Of a stretch of 64,000 bases of DNA, positions 38,092 through 54,090 are shown one piece after another; position 1 is the first letter of the stretch, and each line of letters begins with the position of its first letter. The notes beneath the pieces are model-generated. The model ran no database searches, was not told where the DNA came from, and worked only from the letters and a program-made list of their open reading frames with translations. Source of the stretch: Chrysomallon squamiferum. Taxonomy: Eukaryota > Animalia > Mollusca. The translations under genes were made by a program, and so were the position numbers. The stretch spans positions 5,084,001 to 5,148,000 of the forward strand of contig CM022669.1 in NCBI GenBank assembly GCA_012295275.1. The letters are read 5' to 3'.

Positions 38092-39720
38092 TTTATTTAT
38101 TGAAAAAAAAATATACATATCGACGACGCCAATTTCTTTTATAATCAACACCAGCCTTCATTCAAATGGAAATAAAAAACAAGCATTTTCAAACGGGTAA
38201 ACCACTAGCACAGTTGTGTTCGTTCCAGAACTGTTGTAATATATATCTTAATAGCCTGAGTTTCTTTTCATTATTAATTTTTTTTCTTTTTTTTTTTTTT
38301 TTTTTCTTTTTTTAAAGTTTTTTGATGTTGTCTTCTTAATTTAACGCCAGTGTTAAATCAGTTAGAACTCTCTGGGATTTTAATGCTAAGCGAAATAACA
38401 CGTTCCAGTTTCCTGCAATGTCATCAAGCCCTTGTATATCAGTACATTCAACCTATCTGTTACACGTTTCATTCCGCCTCATTACACCAGCTCTTGTTGA
38501 AATGCCACACACATTAAAATAGACACACGCACCCTACCATATCTATCAACCGATATTTTTTTTTTTTTTTTTGTTCCACTTAATAATTCAACCTGTTCCG
38601 TCTTGAATGTTAAAATTGTTCTATTGATAGCAATGGTGGCGCTCCCCGTTTGCTTAAATTCGGGTTCCAGTGAGATTCGTTAGAAACTGCATTTCCTTTT
38701 TCAGTTTCGCGGAATGACATATTGGCATCAAGACCAGTCCCTTTCACTCTGCAGTTCAGATAATAATTCATATTCAACGCAGGGTTCGTAAGTACGTTTA
38801 CAGTATAAAATACTGGTATATTAAAATCAAGCGTCACAGTACAATTTATAAATGGCATTTATCACGAACTATTAATATCGATATCTTCTGCAGTTAAATA
38901 ATTTAATTTTCTTTTACAAATCTGTAGACGAAGACTATTTACAAGCTATACCTAGAACCGCCCTTTTGAGTTAGCTGGAAACATTTCTAAAAGAAACGAG
39001 AAATAATGTAGATCTGATACGCAGACATGAATATTTATCAAAAAATATGACAAAGTTATTTATTTTGTGGCAAGTTCCTATCACGTGACTTTTACAAAGA
39101 AACCGCAGCAGTTGACATATATATATATATATATATATATTCACTCCGTTTCGCTGTACTTTTAATTATTCTAACAGACCGGAAATTGATTAACATGATA
39201 CGAAAACAGCAAATGAAAACACAGGATAGATTAATTACATAATGATACAGCTTTTCCGGTGATTCAGTTCCTGGTTTCTGCTTTCAGATCCACTGATCGT
39301 AGATTCTAATATAAACGGAAGCTAGGTATTTAATAATTTGAATGGAAATTTCAGCTAAATGTCTTTGAAATGTCTGGGTCAGCTATCGAGCAATTAACGT
39401 GTCTAAGCCAGAGGAAGTCACAATTAATTTTCAGTATTCGTGATATTTACGCTGTATTTCTCATGTCGAAATTAGGTAATAATTTTGTTTGATTATATTG
39501 ATATTTTCTGAGTTGTATCAATTCGCTTTATGAAGTTAAAGTGTTTAAGACTGTTTCATGCTGTTTGTATTGGCGTATTTACCTAACAGAAGAAAAATAA
39601 AAAGGGGTATAAAAATGAAGAAGAAGAAAAATACAGTCAGCAAATGTTTATTTTTTGTCAAGATAAAGTTTATAAAATTACTTTGTATATTACTCTCTTG
39701 AAAATCTACATATTATTTTC

Positions 39721-39768
<48 letters not shown>

Positions 39769-41456
39769 TGTCTTACAAGATCACACACAAATTCTGTAAA
39801 TTAATATTATCGTTTATGTGAAAATAATTATTGTTTCTGTTATGATATCATTATCTTCTTCTTCTTCTTCATTCATATTTTATCTTGCAAATATATAAAG
39901 TATTATAAATAAATAAATATTAAATATTAAATATTAATATATAACTATACCGTCCAAAGCAGAAATGAATAACAATATTATTTAATTTTAATTTTTAATA
40001 AGTTGGCGAATGCTCGTTAACGCATTATTCAAAGTAATGAAATAAAAACAACAACCGCACAACCCGTAGACTATATGCAAATCTTTATATACAGTCCAGT
40101 TACGTACCTCTGGCTAACTTCATGCTGACCTGCCGCGTGCTTCTTCGTGCTTCGAAATATTGATTTTATAATCGACCACTTCATGAAATATAAAAGAGGA
40201 AAACAATAAATAAGTAATTATATTCTCTGTCCTGTACGTCATTGTAAGCTCCTCGAGTTTTATTGATCTAGCTGATAGGTTTTTTAAATTTATGTCGTTG
40301 TTAATTTGCATCCTGTTGACTGGATAGTGCATACCACTGTCTTTGAGAAACCTTGAAAAGGGAAATAACCGAACAGAAACATTGAGAAACAGCCTGCAGC
40401 AAAATAATAATAACAGAGCAATAATAATGATCATGATAATAATAATATGATAATTATGATTATTATTATTATTCGTAATACTAATACTGATACTAATAAT
40501 ACGATAACGCTGAAAAAAACCCAAAAAAAAACAAATCACCTAAATTTTTCTTTACACTGCACATGTCAGTTTTTAAATGGATCATTATATTAAAACGAAG
40601 CTTTTGAACAAACAATTAGATGTAAATATTTACGCTTTCACCGATTTCAAGAATCGATACTAACATTTGAAAGATGTCGCATCTGTACACAGTACATCAC
40701 GTTTCACATTATTCTAGGCTAAATTTTCTTTTAGTGACGCATATTTACTTAACAACACTAATTGTAAAATAACTACAAAGTAAAATGTCAATGTTAACTC
40801 TATTATATTGAGGTAAAAATCGGAAAAGATTTTAAAAAAAATTATTACATTTTTTTATTTTTTTTTTTTTTTTTTTTTTAATTCTGTGCAGATTGGTATA
40901 TTGGGAAATATTTCTATATGAAATGTTAACACGAGTCATGCTATCGCAATTGAAAAGAAGAAAAATGTAATATAATTAACAGCAATTTTATCAATGATAA
41001 CGATAACGACATTAATATCTTGCTTACAGTTGTTTGAATAGATAACTTAATTACAGACATAAGAAAAAATCAATTATACATACTGAAGACAATTTTTAAG
41101 TAGAAAGACGAATGAACATTTGAGAAAACAACGTTCATCATTATTATTATTTTAGAGGTGTGTGTTTGTGTGTGTAGTACGTATACACACATATATAGAA
41201 CAAGGTAAGAAAGATATAATAACAGGCTGATTTAAGAACTTATTTTGAGTTTTATTTCAGAGAGTTTTGTACAAAACCGTTACCGAACACAGACAGTATA
41301 TGCGGGTTTCACCATACATTAAGTTTCTTTTGTTGTGTTCAAATCCGTTTTGAAATCTGTTCTCAAATGGTTGGTAATATCTAATCTAAAGCTTTTTACC
41401 ATTGTGACAAGCCACACTATAGGAGCCAATAACAATTATGATTGAACTGGATATAC

Positions 41457-41500
<44 letters not shown>

Positions 41501-41955
41501 GATATTGAAAACTATCGTATCATAACCCAGCCTCCAAATTATTACATACAAAAAAAATGGAATGAATTCTATTATTTAGTCTGTCGTGTTTTAGATTTCG
41601 AAATAAAAAGAGAGTATTATCATGACGTACTGAAGTGTAGCTGATGTTATTTTTTATTATGCTGCAGCTGTTGCGTCTGTTCTCTCTGTTCTTGATATTG
41701 CTGGAAATTAAATATTGCTCTGACCGTCTGCTGTCATTATAATTATATGCAGATGTATTCGCACAGAGCTTAGTCGTATGTTTTCAGCGTTTATAAGCTG
41801 AGTTAGGGAATATATCGCATTCGTTTGAAAATTTTCTAGAGCTTTTCTATTATTATTATTATTTATTTGTTTATTTATTATTATTATATTCTTGAATTTT
41901 GGTTGTTTCTTTTGTTTTTTTTCTTGGCCTGGTAACCTGTTTACATGGTGTTTGT

Positions 41956-42058
<103 letters not shown>

Positions 42059-42199
42059 GTGGACAGGTTTATCAAAGACAGAGGTATGTACTGTCCTGTT
42101 CAAGGAATGTAAATTCACGTTCCTTTGTTGCTAACCGCTGAATAGACCATAACTCGCACCTGCAAGATCTCGCTGTTACATTATGCAGTTAATTTCTCG

Positions 42200-42234
<35 letters not shown>

Positions 42235-42611
42235 CGAAAAACTTAAATCTCCTTAGAAGGAGTTTTACTAACCTAATTGATGTTTTGCAGTACATTCTTT
42301 AGACCATACATTTTAAAATGTTTCTTTAAATGTATTTTTTTGTTTGTTTTTTGATTGGATTATAAAATTAAAAAAACCCCAAAAACATATTTTTTTTTTT
42401 TTTAAATAATAGTAAGTTTGTAGATGTAATTACACGAATGTACGTCACAGTTCAAAACACACACTAACAGATTATTCACACACACATCTAATAAATAGAA
42501 CAATTTTTTATATTATTAAATTTTTCATTTTTCTCTAGGAAATTGTGCACTATAGTTTATTGTTTCTTAAAAGAACAGCAACAACAACAATAGTAGTAGT
42601 AGTAGTAGTAG

Positions 42612-42693
<82 letters not shown>

Positions 42694-43904
42694 AATAAAT
42701 AACAGCAGAAAATATTTCATTCTCTAACACACAGTTTAGTTTCCCCCACATTTACCTCCCTTGCTTCCCGCTGTGTAGAAATTAGAAACTAAGAGGTTTT
42801 GTCTTACAGTGACAGTTAAAATCAGACAGAACTGCGTTAATACGCGACTGGCAGCCTCAAGTTAGCAGTTTTGCTTCAGGAAGAGACAACGAGTTTATGG
42901 ATGGCTACAACTTAGCACGTACATAGTAATCATTGTTCGGAAATACTGGAATATCGCGAATTCCGGAGATTGTAACTCAGACTTCAGCAGAAAGGTATGT
43001 GAAACCATTTATAATGTAAATTGTATTTTTTTGTTTAACGAGCAGCCTGTATATCTTGTGTCTGTTATATATATTTTCTTTCTTTCTTTCTTTCTTTTTA
43101 CCGTTCCTTCTGAGTCTTTCTTATACTGCCAAATATACGTATGTTGCAATGCACGCATACACACACACACACACAGAAACAGACACACCAACACAGACAT
43201 AAATAAATAAATAATACAGAGATAATATATAACACAAACAGAAACACACTCATTATCATACGTGCGAAAAAGAACGCTAATAAAAAAAAAAAATAACAGT
43301 TATATTTTATGTTTAAAATCGTTTCCTAGGAGAGTTATTTTGTTCTATTTTATGTTTTAATTTTTAATTTTTTAATCATTTTCTCTTCTTTAGTCCATTA
43401 TGTTTATATTCAGTAATTAATAGCTGAATATTTAACAACTTAAAAAAAAAGAAAAAAAGTTAATATCGAAATAACACTTAAATGTATTCAGGGCTTGTTA
43501 TTTATTTATCATTTTAATTCAATAACTTGAACCATGTCAGAATTTTCTCGGTCACATTCTCATACACTCCGCTTCAACAAATTAGGTCGACTTTCACCCA
43601 CGCGGGCTCCTCACTTCGTAAATGAAACTTGATTAAAATAATAAAAACACACTTTTCAGAAGTCTCTTAGAATTCAGCAGTAAAGAAATATTTTCATTTA
43701 TTTACGCTTCTTTGATCCTGTGTATTACTTTTAAGGAGTATGTATCCTTCCGCGATCTGTTACTTAAATTAGAAGCAAACCCACAAGCAGGTTATGTTAC
43801 TTGTAGTTCAATTCTCTGATGTCAGTTTACTAGGGTAAAAAGAAAGTAAATTAACTTCGTTTTATCCATTACATTAAAACTATAATTAATTTTGTTATCT
43901 CTGT

Positions 43905-43952
<48 letters not shown>

Positions 43953-44793
43953 TTATTGTTTTGTTGTTTTATTTTTTTGTTGTTGTTTTTTATTATTTAT
44001 TTTTTTGGAGTGCTGAGTTATTGTTTTGCCTGTCTTTCCTTTGTGTCTGCGGTTTCGGCTGTTTACAGACAAGATTCAGAAACTGAAATTTTTAATTTTA
44101 AATATAAATGTATACCATAGCTTGAATTTATGCCCAGCTTACACTTTGTTCTATATTGTATATTTTTTCTTTCTTTTTTTTTTTTTTTTTTTTTTTAATC
44201 ATTATTTGAAATATGTTTTCTTATATTTTGGTAAATACATCAATACTGTACTAAATAAAATAATCAAAATACTCATCAAAGTTTGAAAACAAATAATGAC
44301 GTTAAATTCATACAGGTTACTTCCCCTTTTTGCTGCCATGCTGATTTTGAGCGAGCCAAAAAAAAAAAAAACCCATAAAAAACGTTACGTTATTCAGAGT
44401 ATTGCAAATAAACACCTGATACTGACCCATCACAAAGAACAGAAGAATACATTTATTTGTCCATTCAAGCCACCTCCCGTTCTGATAATAAACGCCTCTC
44501 ACAAGAAACAAAATACCTAATAAACGTATTCAGTAATTGCATTGGCACAGTTATTAAACCGGCCCGTGTACGTGTTATTTCTATTCGTGTAGATTAATAT
44601 TGGATTCTGGATATTAAACAGTGGCATCTTGAATCGAATTATTCGTCCTTTCCTCGTCGTCCAGTATTGATGTGTTACTCACTTCACGACCTTAAAGGTA
44701 GACAGACACCAGTGATGAATATCGAAATTCCCGATAAAGTGTCTTTAACACATTTTAAATAGATAACACTTCGGTTATTTTAAATAGTTAATA

Positions 44794-44826
<33 letters not shown>

Positions 44827-45139
44827 GTTCTGATTAACATAACTCGAGACTGACATATACCAGTCATTATCTGAATCAGTGGTAAGATGTTGTTATTTTA
44901 GCCATAGTTACATAAGCCATTTAAATGATCGACAAATGTGTACGTATAAATGTGTGTATGTATGTGCATGTGTCTGTGTGTGTGCGTGCATGCGTGCGAG
45001 TGTTTGTATGTACGTATCTATCTATCTAATGTACTGTATTATCGATCATCTTCACCCAAATCATTAGCTGGGCTGTACAGTGTGTTGTGTATACCATGGA
45101 CATACATCACTTATTATTATTTTAATTACTGATAAAGTT

Positions 45140-45680
45140 CGGTATAACAGTTACACACCACTTCATTTTATTCAAACAACTGGTTAATTTTGTGGTTAAC
45201 AGTGTAACATAGACATACACCACTCACACTGATGCAAATCACTGAATAAATTTATAATTAACTGTATAATATAGGCATATATCTGACCACTGATTAATTA
45301 CATTTAACTATATAACATAGACGTATACCATTTATTGTTATCCAAATTATTGATTAATTTTGTAACCGATCATATAATATAGACGTACCCCACTCATTAC
45401 CATCAAAATCATAGATTAATTTTGTGGTTAACAGATAAACTCACTGTTATCCAAATCACTGGTTACTTTTATAATTAACTGCATAACACAGACATACACC
45501 ATTCACTAGTATCTATATCGTTAATTCATTTTGCAATTGGCTATGTAATACAGAAACACGTCATTCACTGGTAACCTGATCAGTTATTACACTTGTGATA
45601 AACTATATAACACAGATATACATCAGTCTTTGTTATCCAAATTACTGATTAAATTTGTAATTAACTGAATTATATAGCAT
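45140..45680. repeat. Old degenerate tandem repeat, ~60 bp unit, ~8-9 copies
   Basis: Recurring ataacatagacatacaccactcactgttatccaaatcactgattaattttgtaattaact-like units. Confidence 0.7.
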
Positions 45681-46487
45681 AAACGTACAACGCTTGTAAA
45701 CGTGCTTAATCAGGCAGTACTCGTGTGCCATAGACCATACATCACTGGTTTTTGTCTCAATAATTAATAGCGTGCTTGGGTTTTGATCAAATTATTATTA
45801 TTATTATTATTTTTTTTTTTTTAAATAAAACGGAAAACGTGTTTTTCAGAAATTATAATAATGTATCTACATGTAACATATATATCCATTTATTTATTTA
45901 ATTACTGTTAGGTTCTTGTTTCTACTTCATTATTATTATTATTGTTGTTGTTGTTGTTATCGTTTAATGGCATTAGAAATCCTAATAATGGTGGTAACTG
46001 TAATGAATGTAAATTTTGATTAATGAGTTAAGTCTCACAATGAAACATTTTCTACACTTTCTGTCTTTATCAACACCACTTACAGACTGCACAGTTTCAC
46101 TTAGTTTTCTGTAGACACCTCTCATACATATTTGTTTACCACTCTCCAGATAAACAGATTTCTGTTAATTGAAACGTTTTCAAGGCCCGCTCTTTACCAT
46201 AACAATAACGAACCCAGTACTTTATAAAGTATATAGAATCATTCGTTTTGTTGTGGTGAAAAATCTATACTGGACAGACTAATCATACTTTAGAATTCTG
46301 GGTATGAAATATTGCAGGAAGAAAACTGTTTACGATTAATCATGTTGTCAACATCGTATGTATGTTAGAGCTTTTGTTTTATTTTTTATTTTTTTTTTTT
46401 TTTTTTTTTATGTGAAATTAAGTTAAAAATTTAATAATCAAAGAGAGGATGTTCTAATCACAATGTGACTTAATTCAAACATTTATA

Positions 46488-46523
<36 letters not shown>

Positions 46524-47057
46524 GTAAAAACAATAAACACAGACAGAAATCTAAAAATAAAATAAAAATAACATTAAAATAATGGCATATTTGTAATTAT
46601 TAATGACAGTTTTTAATTACTTCATTGGCAACATTATCATTATCATCACCATTGTAGCTTATTCCTTTTTATTACCATCATCATTATACCGTCATTAACA
46701 TTATTACCATTATCATTACCATCAAAAGCAATCAGAATAATTTATGGAGAACAGATTTGTATTTCGAAATAAATCATTAACTAAGACTGACACACATACG
46801 CACATACACACAGACACACACAAACCCTCATATTGTGGTAAAATAATTTAACATTTAAAACAAAAATCGTATTCACATTATTTAGGCTATAGAAGAGGAA
46901 AAAAGTTAAAATTATATGATTCTGAATTGTAAGATTTGGCGATTTCATATATTTTAGCTTAGCACACTAAATGATTATTAAAAACTATATTATTGTGGAA
47001 AATTTATATGAAATATCCCAGAAAGCATATCATTAAACAAACAAAAAACAAACAAAC

Positions 47058-47107
<50 letters not shown>

Positions 47108-48384
47108 TAATAAAAATATAATAAAAACAAAAGTGCCTGAAAAAAAGTCTTAATAATCCATAATAATGAAATGTCTTGAGATGTTTTTTAAACAGACTTT
47201 CGTTCGTTCAAGGTTATTCATGAAGTAAGTAATGCGGAAATTCGTCATTTCTGGTTACTCAGTCGATTGGAATTATCGTTACTGATTCTTGATCAGACCG
47301 AGTCCCAAAACATTCCGGCGTTTTACATTAAACGTTTTCGCTACTTTGAAGATGACTGTTATTATTAAAAACACCTTTTACGATCTTACAGAATGTCTTT
47401 GGTCTATTTTTAATGTCAACATAAATGAAATGACATTTACAGCAATACATAAAACCCTGATATCACTGTTTATCTTTCATTATAAAAGTAATAGCCGATA
47501 TACCGGCACTGTTATCGATTAGTTTAGTCTTACTGACTCTCTTAGAAGCAGAATAAAATTTTAAGATAAAATAAACTGGACTTATAAAGAACAGATCAAT
47601 GTTTGTTCATCAGATATATCGCTGAATATACAGACTTCAGATTTTTATCTTATTAACTGTTCCAATTTTGTTTTTATCGTCTTATATTTTTCTCGTTTCT
47701 CTTCTTCTTTGTCATTATCATCATCATCCTGTATTTTTTTCTTCAGTGTCATCCATACCCTTTTTGTTATTCTCTTTCTTTCTATTTATTTATTTATTTT
47801 ATCACATTAGTAACAAAATACAAACTAGGTTGTAACCAAGTCGTTAGAACACAATCTAAGGCATGAGTAGTCGTAAGGCCAATCTTTCGTTAGTACGTCT
47901 GCTGTATATTTTTTTGGACATTTTTTTTTCGTGCAATTTTAATTAACCGTTATCTCTTACGTGCATGAATATTTTAATTTTCCGGTGCAGTGTAATGCAA
48001 CAATTGATTATACTGCTATCATTAATTATTCTTGTTATTTTTATCATTGTGCTTCGATGAAATCGTTATTAGTAAATACACTAAACACAGACAGCCTGGT
48101 GTAACTGATACGTTGTCATAGAAATGAAGCTCAATTAATAGTTAATTACCCAACGTATTTCTAATCTCCAGTGTTCAATATTTGTCATATTTATATCTCA
48201 TTTTTAGAAACTTGCAGATGCCATCGACTATTTAGGCTCTTGTAATTCTACATTTGTCCAGAAAGCTTCTTTTTTTATCTCTGAAGTTAATGCGCATGGT
48301 ATAATAGTCTTTCTCAGAATAACGTTTGGGCTATTTACCATTCCAGCCTAGGCTTAACGATTTTTTTTTCAATCTACGGTATGT

Positions 48385-48423
<39 letters not shown>

Positions 48424-49509
48424 TTTTCTGTTTTCCACCCGTAGGGAATATGCATTATACAAGATTCCTTGCCTAATCAGATGGTTAGAGATACCCCATA
48501 GCAGTCATGCAATAGTTGCTATCTCTCTCTGTCATGCCTTGGACAGGAAAATGTACACAAACCCGTTGGTAAATAAATTTTAACCGTGGTTTTATATCTC
48601 TATTCAGCATTTTCTATCTGTTTAATGTAGAAAGAAGAAGATAAATTTGTCTCCATCTATACATCATGTGTCTGATATTTTTCAGAAGTGCGTTTCAGTT
48701 GTTAGCAAACGATATCATCAGTGACGTTAGTCATGTAACAAAAAAAGCAATAGCGAAAAATGTTAGATACGGAACTTAGGTTTGTGTGAGAGGTTAATGT
48801 TTTGTATCTTTCCATCAAAATAATGTGCAAGCGTGCCTCATGTCGTGCATACAATCTGTGACAATGTCGGTGACCTGTCCGAAACGTGGTGATAAGATGG
48901 CTTAGAAAAATCTAGATTCAGTCTTATCGTGATTTGATCGAGAATGAAATAAAGTCAACAAACAAATTAATTTCCAGTCTAAGAAAGATTTTCATTTCGT
49001 CTTCTCAGACATCTGACAAAAAAATCAAATTAAGTTTACTTTTGTGTTGCAGTTTTGAAATTATTCAATTGTTGCTATTAATATGCCCACAAGGCAACAG
49101 AAACGTGTAGGTCCATAGGTTCAAACCTTCTTTATGGATTGTATATATCAATTTACAAATAGAAACAGCCACACTGATGAAAATATTATATTTCTCTCTC
49201 TGTGTCTGCTTGTATTTTTCAAATGACATTAGAGGATTAATTCATTTACCCGACTGTTTTATTCTATTTTTTTTTTTTTTTTTTTTTAATTTTAGATTTT
49301 CGAGGGTAGGTATCTGTTCCTTGCTAAAATGCATCTCTCGTGAGATCAAGGAAAAATGTTAACTCGTAATCTTCACGAACTCCTGCACTGACCATATCTG
49401 TTTGTAAAATAAATGAGTACCGTCACGCGAGAGAACACAGTTTCATCAAAGTTTAAATGAGTCTTAATTTCACTGTCTCTCTCTACCTCTCTGTTTGCCT
49501 GTCTGCCTG

Positions 49510-49637
<128 letters not shown>

Positions 49638-51553
49638 CTCTCTCTCGTGATAGACGTGCATAGACGAAGCCAATGTGCACAGTGCAACTAGGTCACATAT
49701 TTCCAAGCCCATTTAACATTGTACATCAAGTTTGCATGTCTGCTAATATGTAACTTTACCACCTAACTTGAATTTACGTATACAGTTTAAACAGTGAGTT
49801 TGAATTAGCGTCATTCGTTGTAATGTTTAAGTGTATTTACATGATTAAATACAGAGTGTGTGCGCAATTACATGTTCTAGCAAAATTAAATAATGAATGT
49901 AAAACTAATAACATACATTCATACTTACACGCTCCACAAACACACATACACACACACACACATACACATTCGTACGTACGTAGACATTCAAACATACTTA
50001 ATTATATGCATACATATGCCGACACATGCACATATACACACTGAAAATATTATTTTCAAAAGATTTATATTCCACTGACATCTGCATTTTATCTTAACTA
50101 CAATATATTTATATTATTTATCGTCTTCAGAGCGTATACATACACACATCCAAATCATATTAAATATGAAAGAACACAGCTGAAACAGTTTCTACAAAAC
50201 AACAACAAAAGATACTCCATGATTAATCAGAGGAAACGAGTTCTGCTTGATAAATAATTGCCAATACGTGTACTAACACAAATGAATAACTAATGAGACT
50301 GCTATTAGTTCTGAATATAGATTTATTATTTTTTATGAGTGCCGGCACTTTTGTAGTAAACTGTTAAAGGAAAGTCGACGTGTGATTTGAATAGCAAATT
50401 AATAACACCTGTAATTTCTAAAATATTGATTAATTACCTGTTATTAAAATAATATTTACAGAACACGCTGATTTATAAAGCATAAAGCGTTTCTCGGCTA
50501 AATATTGGGTAAACACATTTCTTTATTCTCCTGTTGATAAAAGTAAAAGAAAAAGAGAGAGAGAGAAAAAAAATGTACTTAAGGAAAAGTAATGAAATTT
50601 GGGTCCTGTTTTTTTGCTTGTTTTTATTCATAAAACAGAGAATTTGAAAAGACTTGTTTTAGTTTTCTTTTCTTTTCTTTTCTGATTTTAATGACTGGAT
50701 CAAAATAAATGGTTTAGTGATCATTTTCAGAATAACTGTAAACTTCTTTACATTTCCACTTGCTGGTTATAGTCTCCACTTACTGCGTATCCCATCCCAT
50801 GCACGTTCATGATCTGTACTGTCTACACTTTTCACCATCTTGATTTAAAATACTGTTTGAGAGATTTTAAGCCATTAGAACAAATGGGAACTGTGCTTTG
50901 AGTTCATTAGAGAAAGTGAATTATTGGATAAGTTTATTTAAAACTTGTAGGGGATTATACAAGAACATTTTAGATAGGAAGCTAGATCAAGCGGGAAATG
51001 TGAAATTCCCATTTTCTTTAAATTAGGAAATTGTGTATGTTCCTGTGTGTGTTTGTTTCTGTGTATGTACGTGTTGGTGTGTAATTGTGTACCTTTGTAG
51101 ACTTATGACTTGTTGGATTTTTGTTTATTTGTACATGCGTCTGTTCGTCTGTGCATATGTATGTATATATGGACGTCAGTTTGAGATTGTGTATGTGGGT
51201 GAATGTATATACATTTACATGTCTTTAATTATATAGGTGTAAGCTGTCTATGCATATATATATGTATATGTATTCATGCATGCATGTGTCAATGAACGTC
51301 TGTATGTAAGTTAGTATGTTTCTGTACGTACCTTTATATATGTCTATATTTATTTGTATTTATTAATTTGTGTTCGTGTATATGTGTTATGTATACATTT
51401 GTGTTATATAAGTTGTAAGTTTGTGTGCATGCATGTTTGTTTGTGTGTCTGTGTTTGTATTTATATATGTAATTCATTTTGTGTATTCGTGTATGAACGC
51501 TCGCATGAATGCATGAATGCATTTTAGGATTTGAATATTCTCTGTTTTATTAT

Positions 51554-51882
51554 GTCTGATTAGACTCTGCACATAAACAACAATCGGGAACGCACTGGCG
51601 AGACTCGAACGTGTGACACCCATTCGCCCGCACTCCGAAGGCAGACGATGTGACCGTTCGGCCATCAAGACAATGACAACCCTAAAACAAAGTTACTCAA
51701 TAACCGAGGGCAGTCATCGCTTACCATGAAGCACGCCGTTCTTTGTCGTTCGTCATTTTTGCATGCATTTATTTTGGTGGGAAATTCTGCACTGGCAAGT
51801 ACGTATGTTAGAATTGGCTCAGGAGGACAAAGTTCCATCACGACCTTACAAAACCCGTCAGATGCCGCTGACGAGACTCGAT
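51554..51882 (-). mobile_element. tRNA-derived SINE copies (one with A and B boxes, plus an adjacent partial copy)
   Basis: Minus strand: A-box TGGCCGAACGG (51664-51654) and B-box GTTCGAGTCTC (51610-51600). Body segments gtctgattagactctgcaca...tcgggaacgca and attggctcagga...cgtcagatgccgctgacgagactcga are shared with the copy at 17391-17490. Confidence 0.65.
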
Positions 51883-51941
51883 TTCTATGTTTTTATATGA
51901 ATGTCTCTGCATGTATGTAATTTCTGTGTTTTATTCTTTTT

Positions 51942-51974
<33 letters not shown>

Positions 51975-52952
51975 TTTTTGGTGTTTCTACATGTGCACGT
52001 GTATGTATGTATATGTATTCTGTTTGAACATAAGGATGTTTGGACTTACTTTGGACATAGTTTTTTGTGTTTATCGGATTCGTTGTACTTGTATGTGAGT
52101 GTGAGTATATATATATATATGAGTCGTTTTGTTTGTTTGTACTTATATCTGTGCGCTTAAATTTTTTTTGTATGCATGCGTCCATGTCTGAACGTAGGTA
52201 TATAGGTCTATATGTCTCTCTGTCTATCGGTATGAATTGAAAACAGGTTGCTATGCAGGTAGGATCGCACGCGTCATGTCGTGGATTCTCTTCAGGTTGC
52301 TAAGGCGTGTCAGGTTTCCCTGTCGTCTCTCAGATGAATGTGTTGTTTATCTGCAGTCATCTTCCTGAGTGGATGCACCTTTCGAAAGTTAACGTTCCTT
52401 TGATGTTGATGATTCTGTTTCCGCTTTCATAACGATATGCTCAAGTCATTAAAACTGCAATCGAGAAGGAAAAATGACTCATATTGATTTCTTGAAAAGT
52501 TCAGTGCTGGGTGTTGTTTTTCTTAGTAACTGTTTGTTAATCTTTAACACTAAACAAATATGGTTCAGAATTTCAGCTGCAGTTGTTGGAGATAATAGAT
52601 GTTTACACCTCGACGTCTGAAATTCAAATGACCGTTGTTGCTGTTGTCAAGCTACTTATTCCAGGCAAATGACGTCATTACTTACAGAAATTTATATTGT
52701 ATATGGATTTTGGATTGCACTATCTTATCTTCAATGATATGAAAATTCCATTTATTTATACATATAAATGTATATACAAGCGTAATATAATTTTAAATAC
52801 ACATAACATCACCTTCATAATTGTTAAAAAACACTGTTAAATTTGATGGGTACATACACAATTTGTATTTATACCGATACGTATAATGTCATTCGGAAAT
52901 TGCGTTTGCATATAAATGAATCCATGTTTATCCATTTATTTATTTATTTATT

Positions 52953-53039
<87 letters not shown>

Positions 53040-53232
53040 GATATAGCAGCTGATGTAAATGGCAAACACGTGTTTTTCTATCTAGTTATAAATTATAATT
53101 AATGCATTCTGTGACGATGCATGTCCGGGGTAAATCCTATATCTTTAATAGTCCAGCAGTATCATTCCTGTCTCATTCCGCTTAACATTATTTCATATAA
53201 AAATGTAATTTAACATAATAATAATAATAATA

Positions 53233-53278
<46 letters not shown>

Positions 53279-53529
53279 CAAGCTATATTGTTTACACTTA
53301 ACTAAATATAAATGTTATCATCGTTGTCTTAATATCGTACTTTGCCCCTTTTTAAAATAATATCGTCTTACGTTATGTAATTGCATCCTTGTCAGACACT
53401 ATAGTATATTGTCTGTATGTTACATCTTACCATCTGTATATTAACCATTCCGTATATAGTAAATGTATATATTCACCATACCATCCACACATTATACCTT
53501 AACATACATTTGATCATACCATCCATATC

Positions 53530-54090
53530 TTTCATCATACTATCCACACATTTCGCAATACCATCCATGCATTTCGTCATACCGTTTAAACATTTTGCAA
53601 TTCATTCAAACATTTCGCAATACATTCAAACATTTCGCAATACATTCAAACATTTCGCAACATCATTCAAACATTTTGCAATACATTCAAACATTTCGCA
53701 ACATCATCCAAACATTTCGCGATACATTCAAACATTTCGCAACATCATTCAAACATTTTGCAATACATTCAAACATTTCGCAACATCATTCAGACATTTC
53801 GCAATATCATCCATACATTTCACCAAACCATTTAAACATTTCGCAATACCATTCAAATATTTCGCAATAGCATTCAAACATTTCGCAATAGCATTCAAAA
53901 ATTTCACCAAACCATTTAAACATTTCGCAATACCATTTAAATATTTCGCTATAGCATTCAAACATTTCGCAATAGCATTCAAAAATTTCGGAATGTCCTT
54001 TATATATTTCACCAAACCATTTAAATATTTCGCAACAGCATCAATACCATCCATATATTTCACTATGTTATACATACATTTCGCCATAAC
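53530..54090. repeat. Minisatellite, 20/21 bp unit (cattcaaacatttcgcaatac-like) with higher-order structure
   Basis: More than 20 degenerate copies. It accounts for the repetitive 225, 132 and 91 aa ORFs (FKHFAI repeats). Confidence 0.9.

Noticed and set aside
43742-43749. Single GTATCCTT (also ATATCCTT at ~57816)
   Set aside because: Isolated, not tandem, and not next to a recognisable exon; compatible with chance occurrence.
51590-51670. Functional tRNA gene
   Set aside because: A and B boxes are present, but the acceptor and anticodon stems do not pair properly and it is fused to a dispersed repeat body, so it is called a SINE head.
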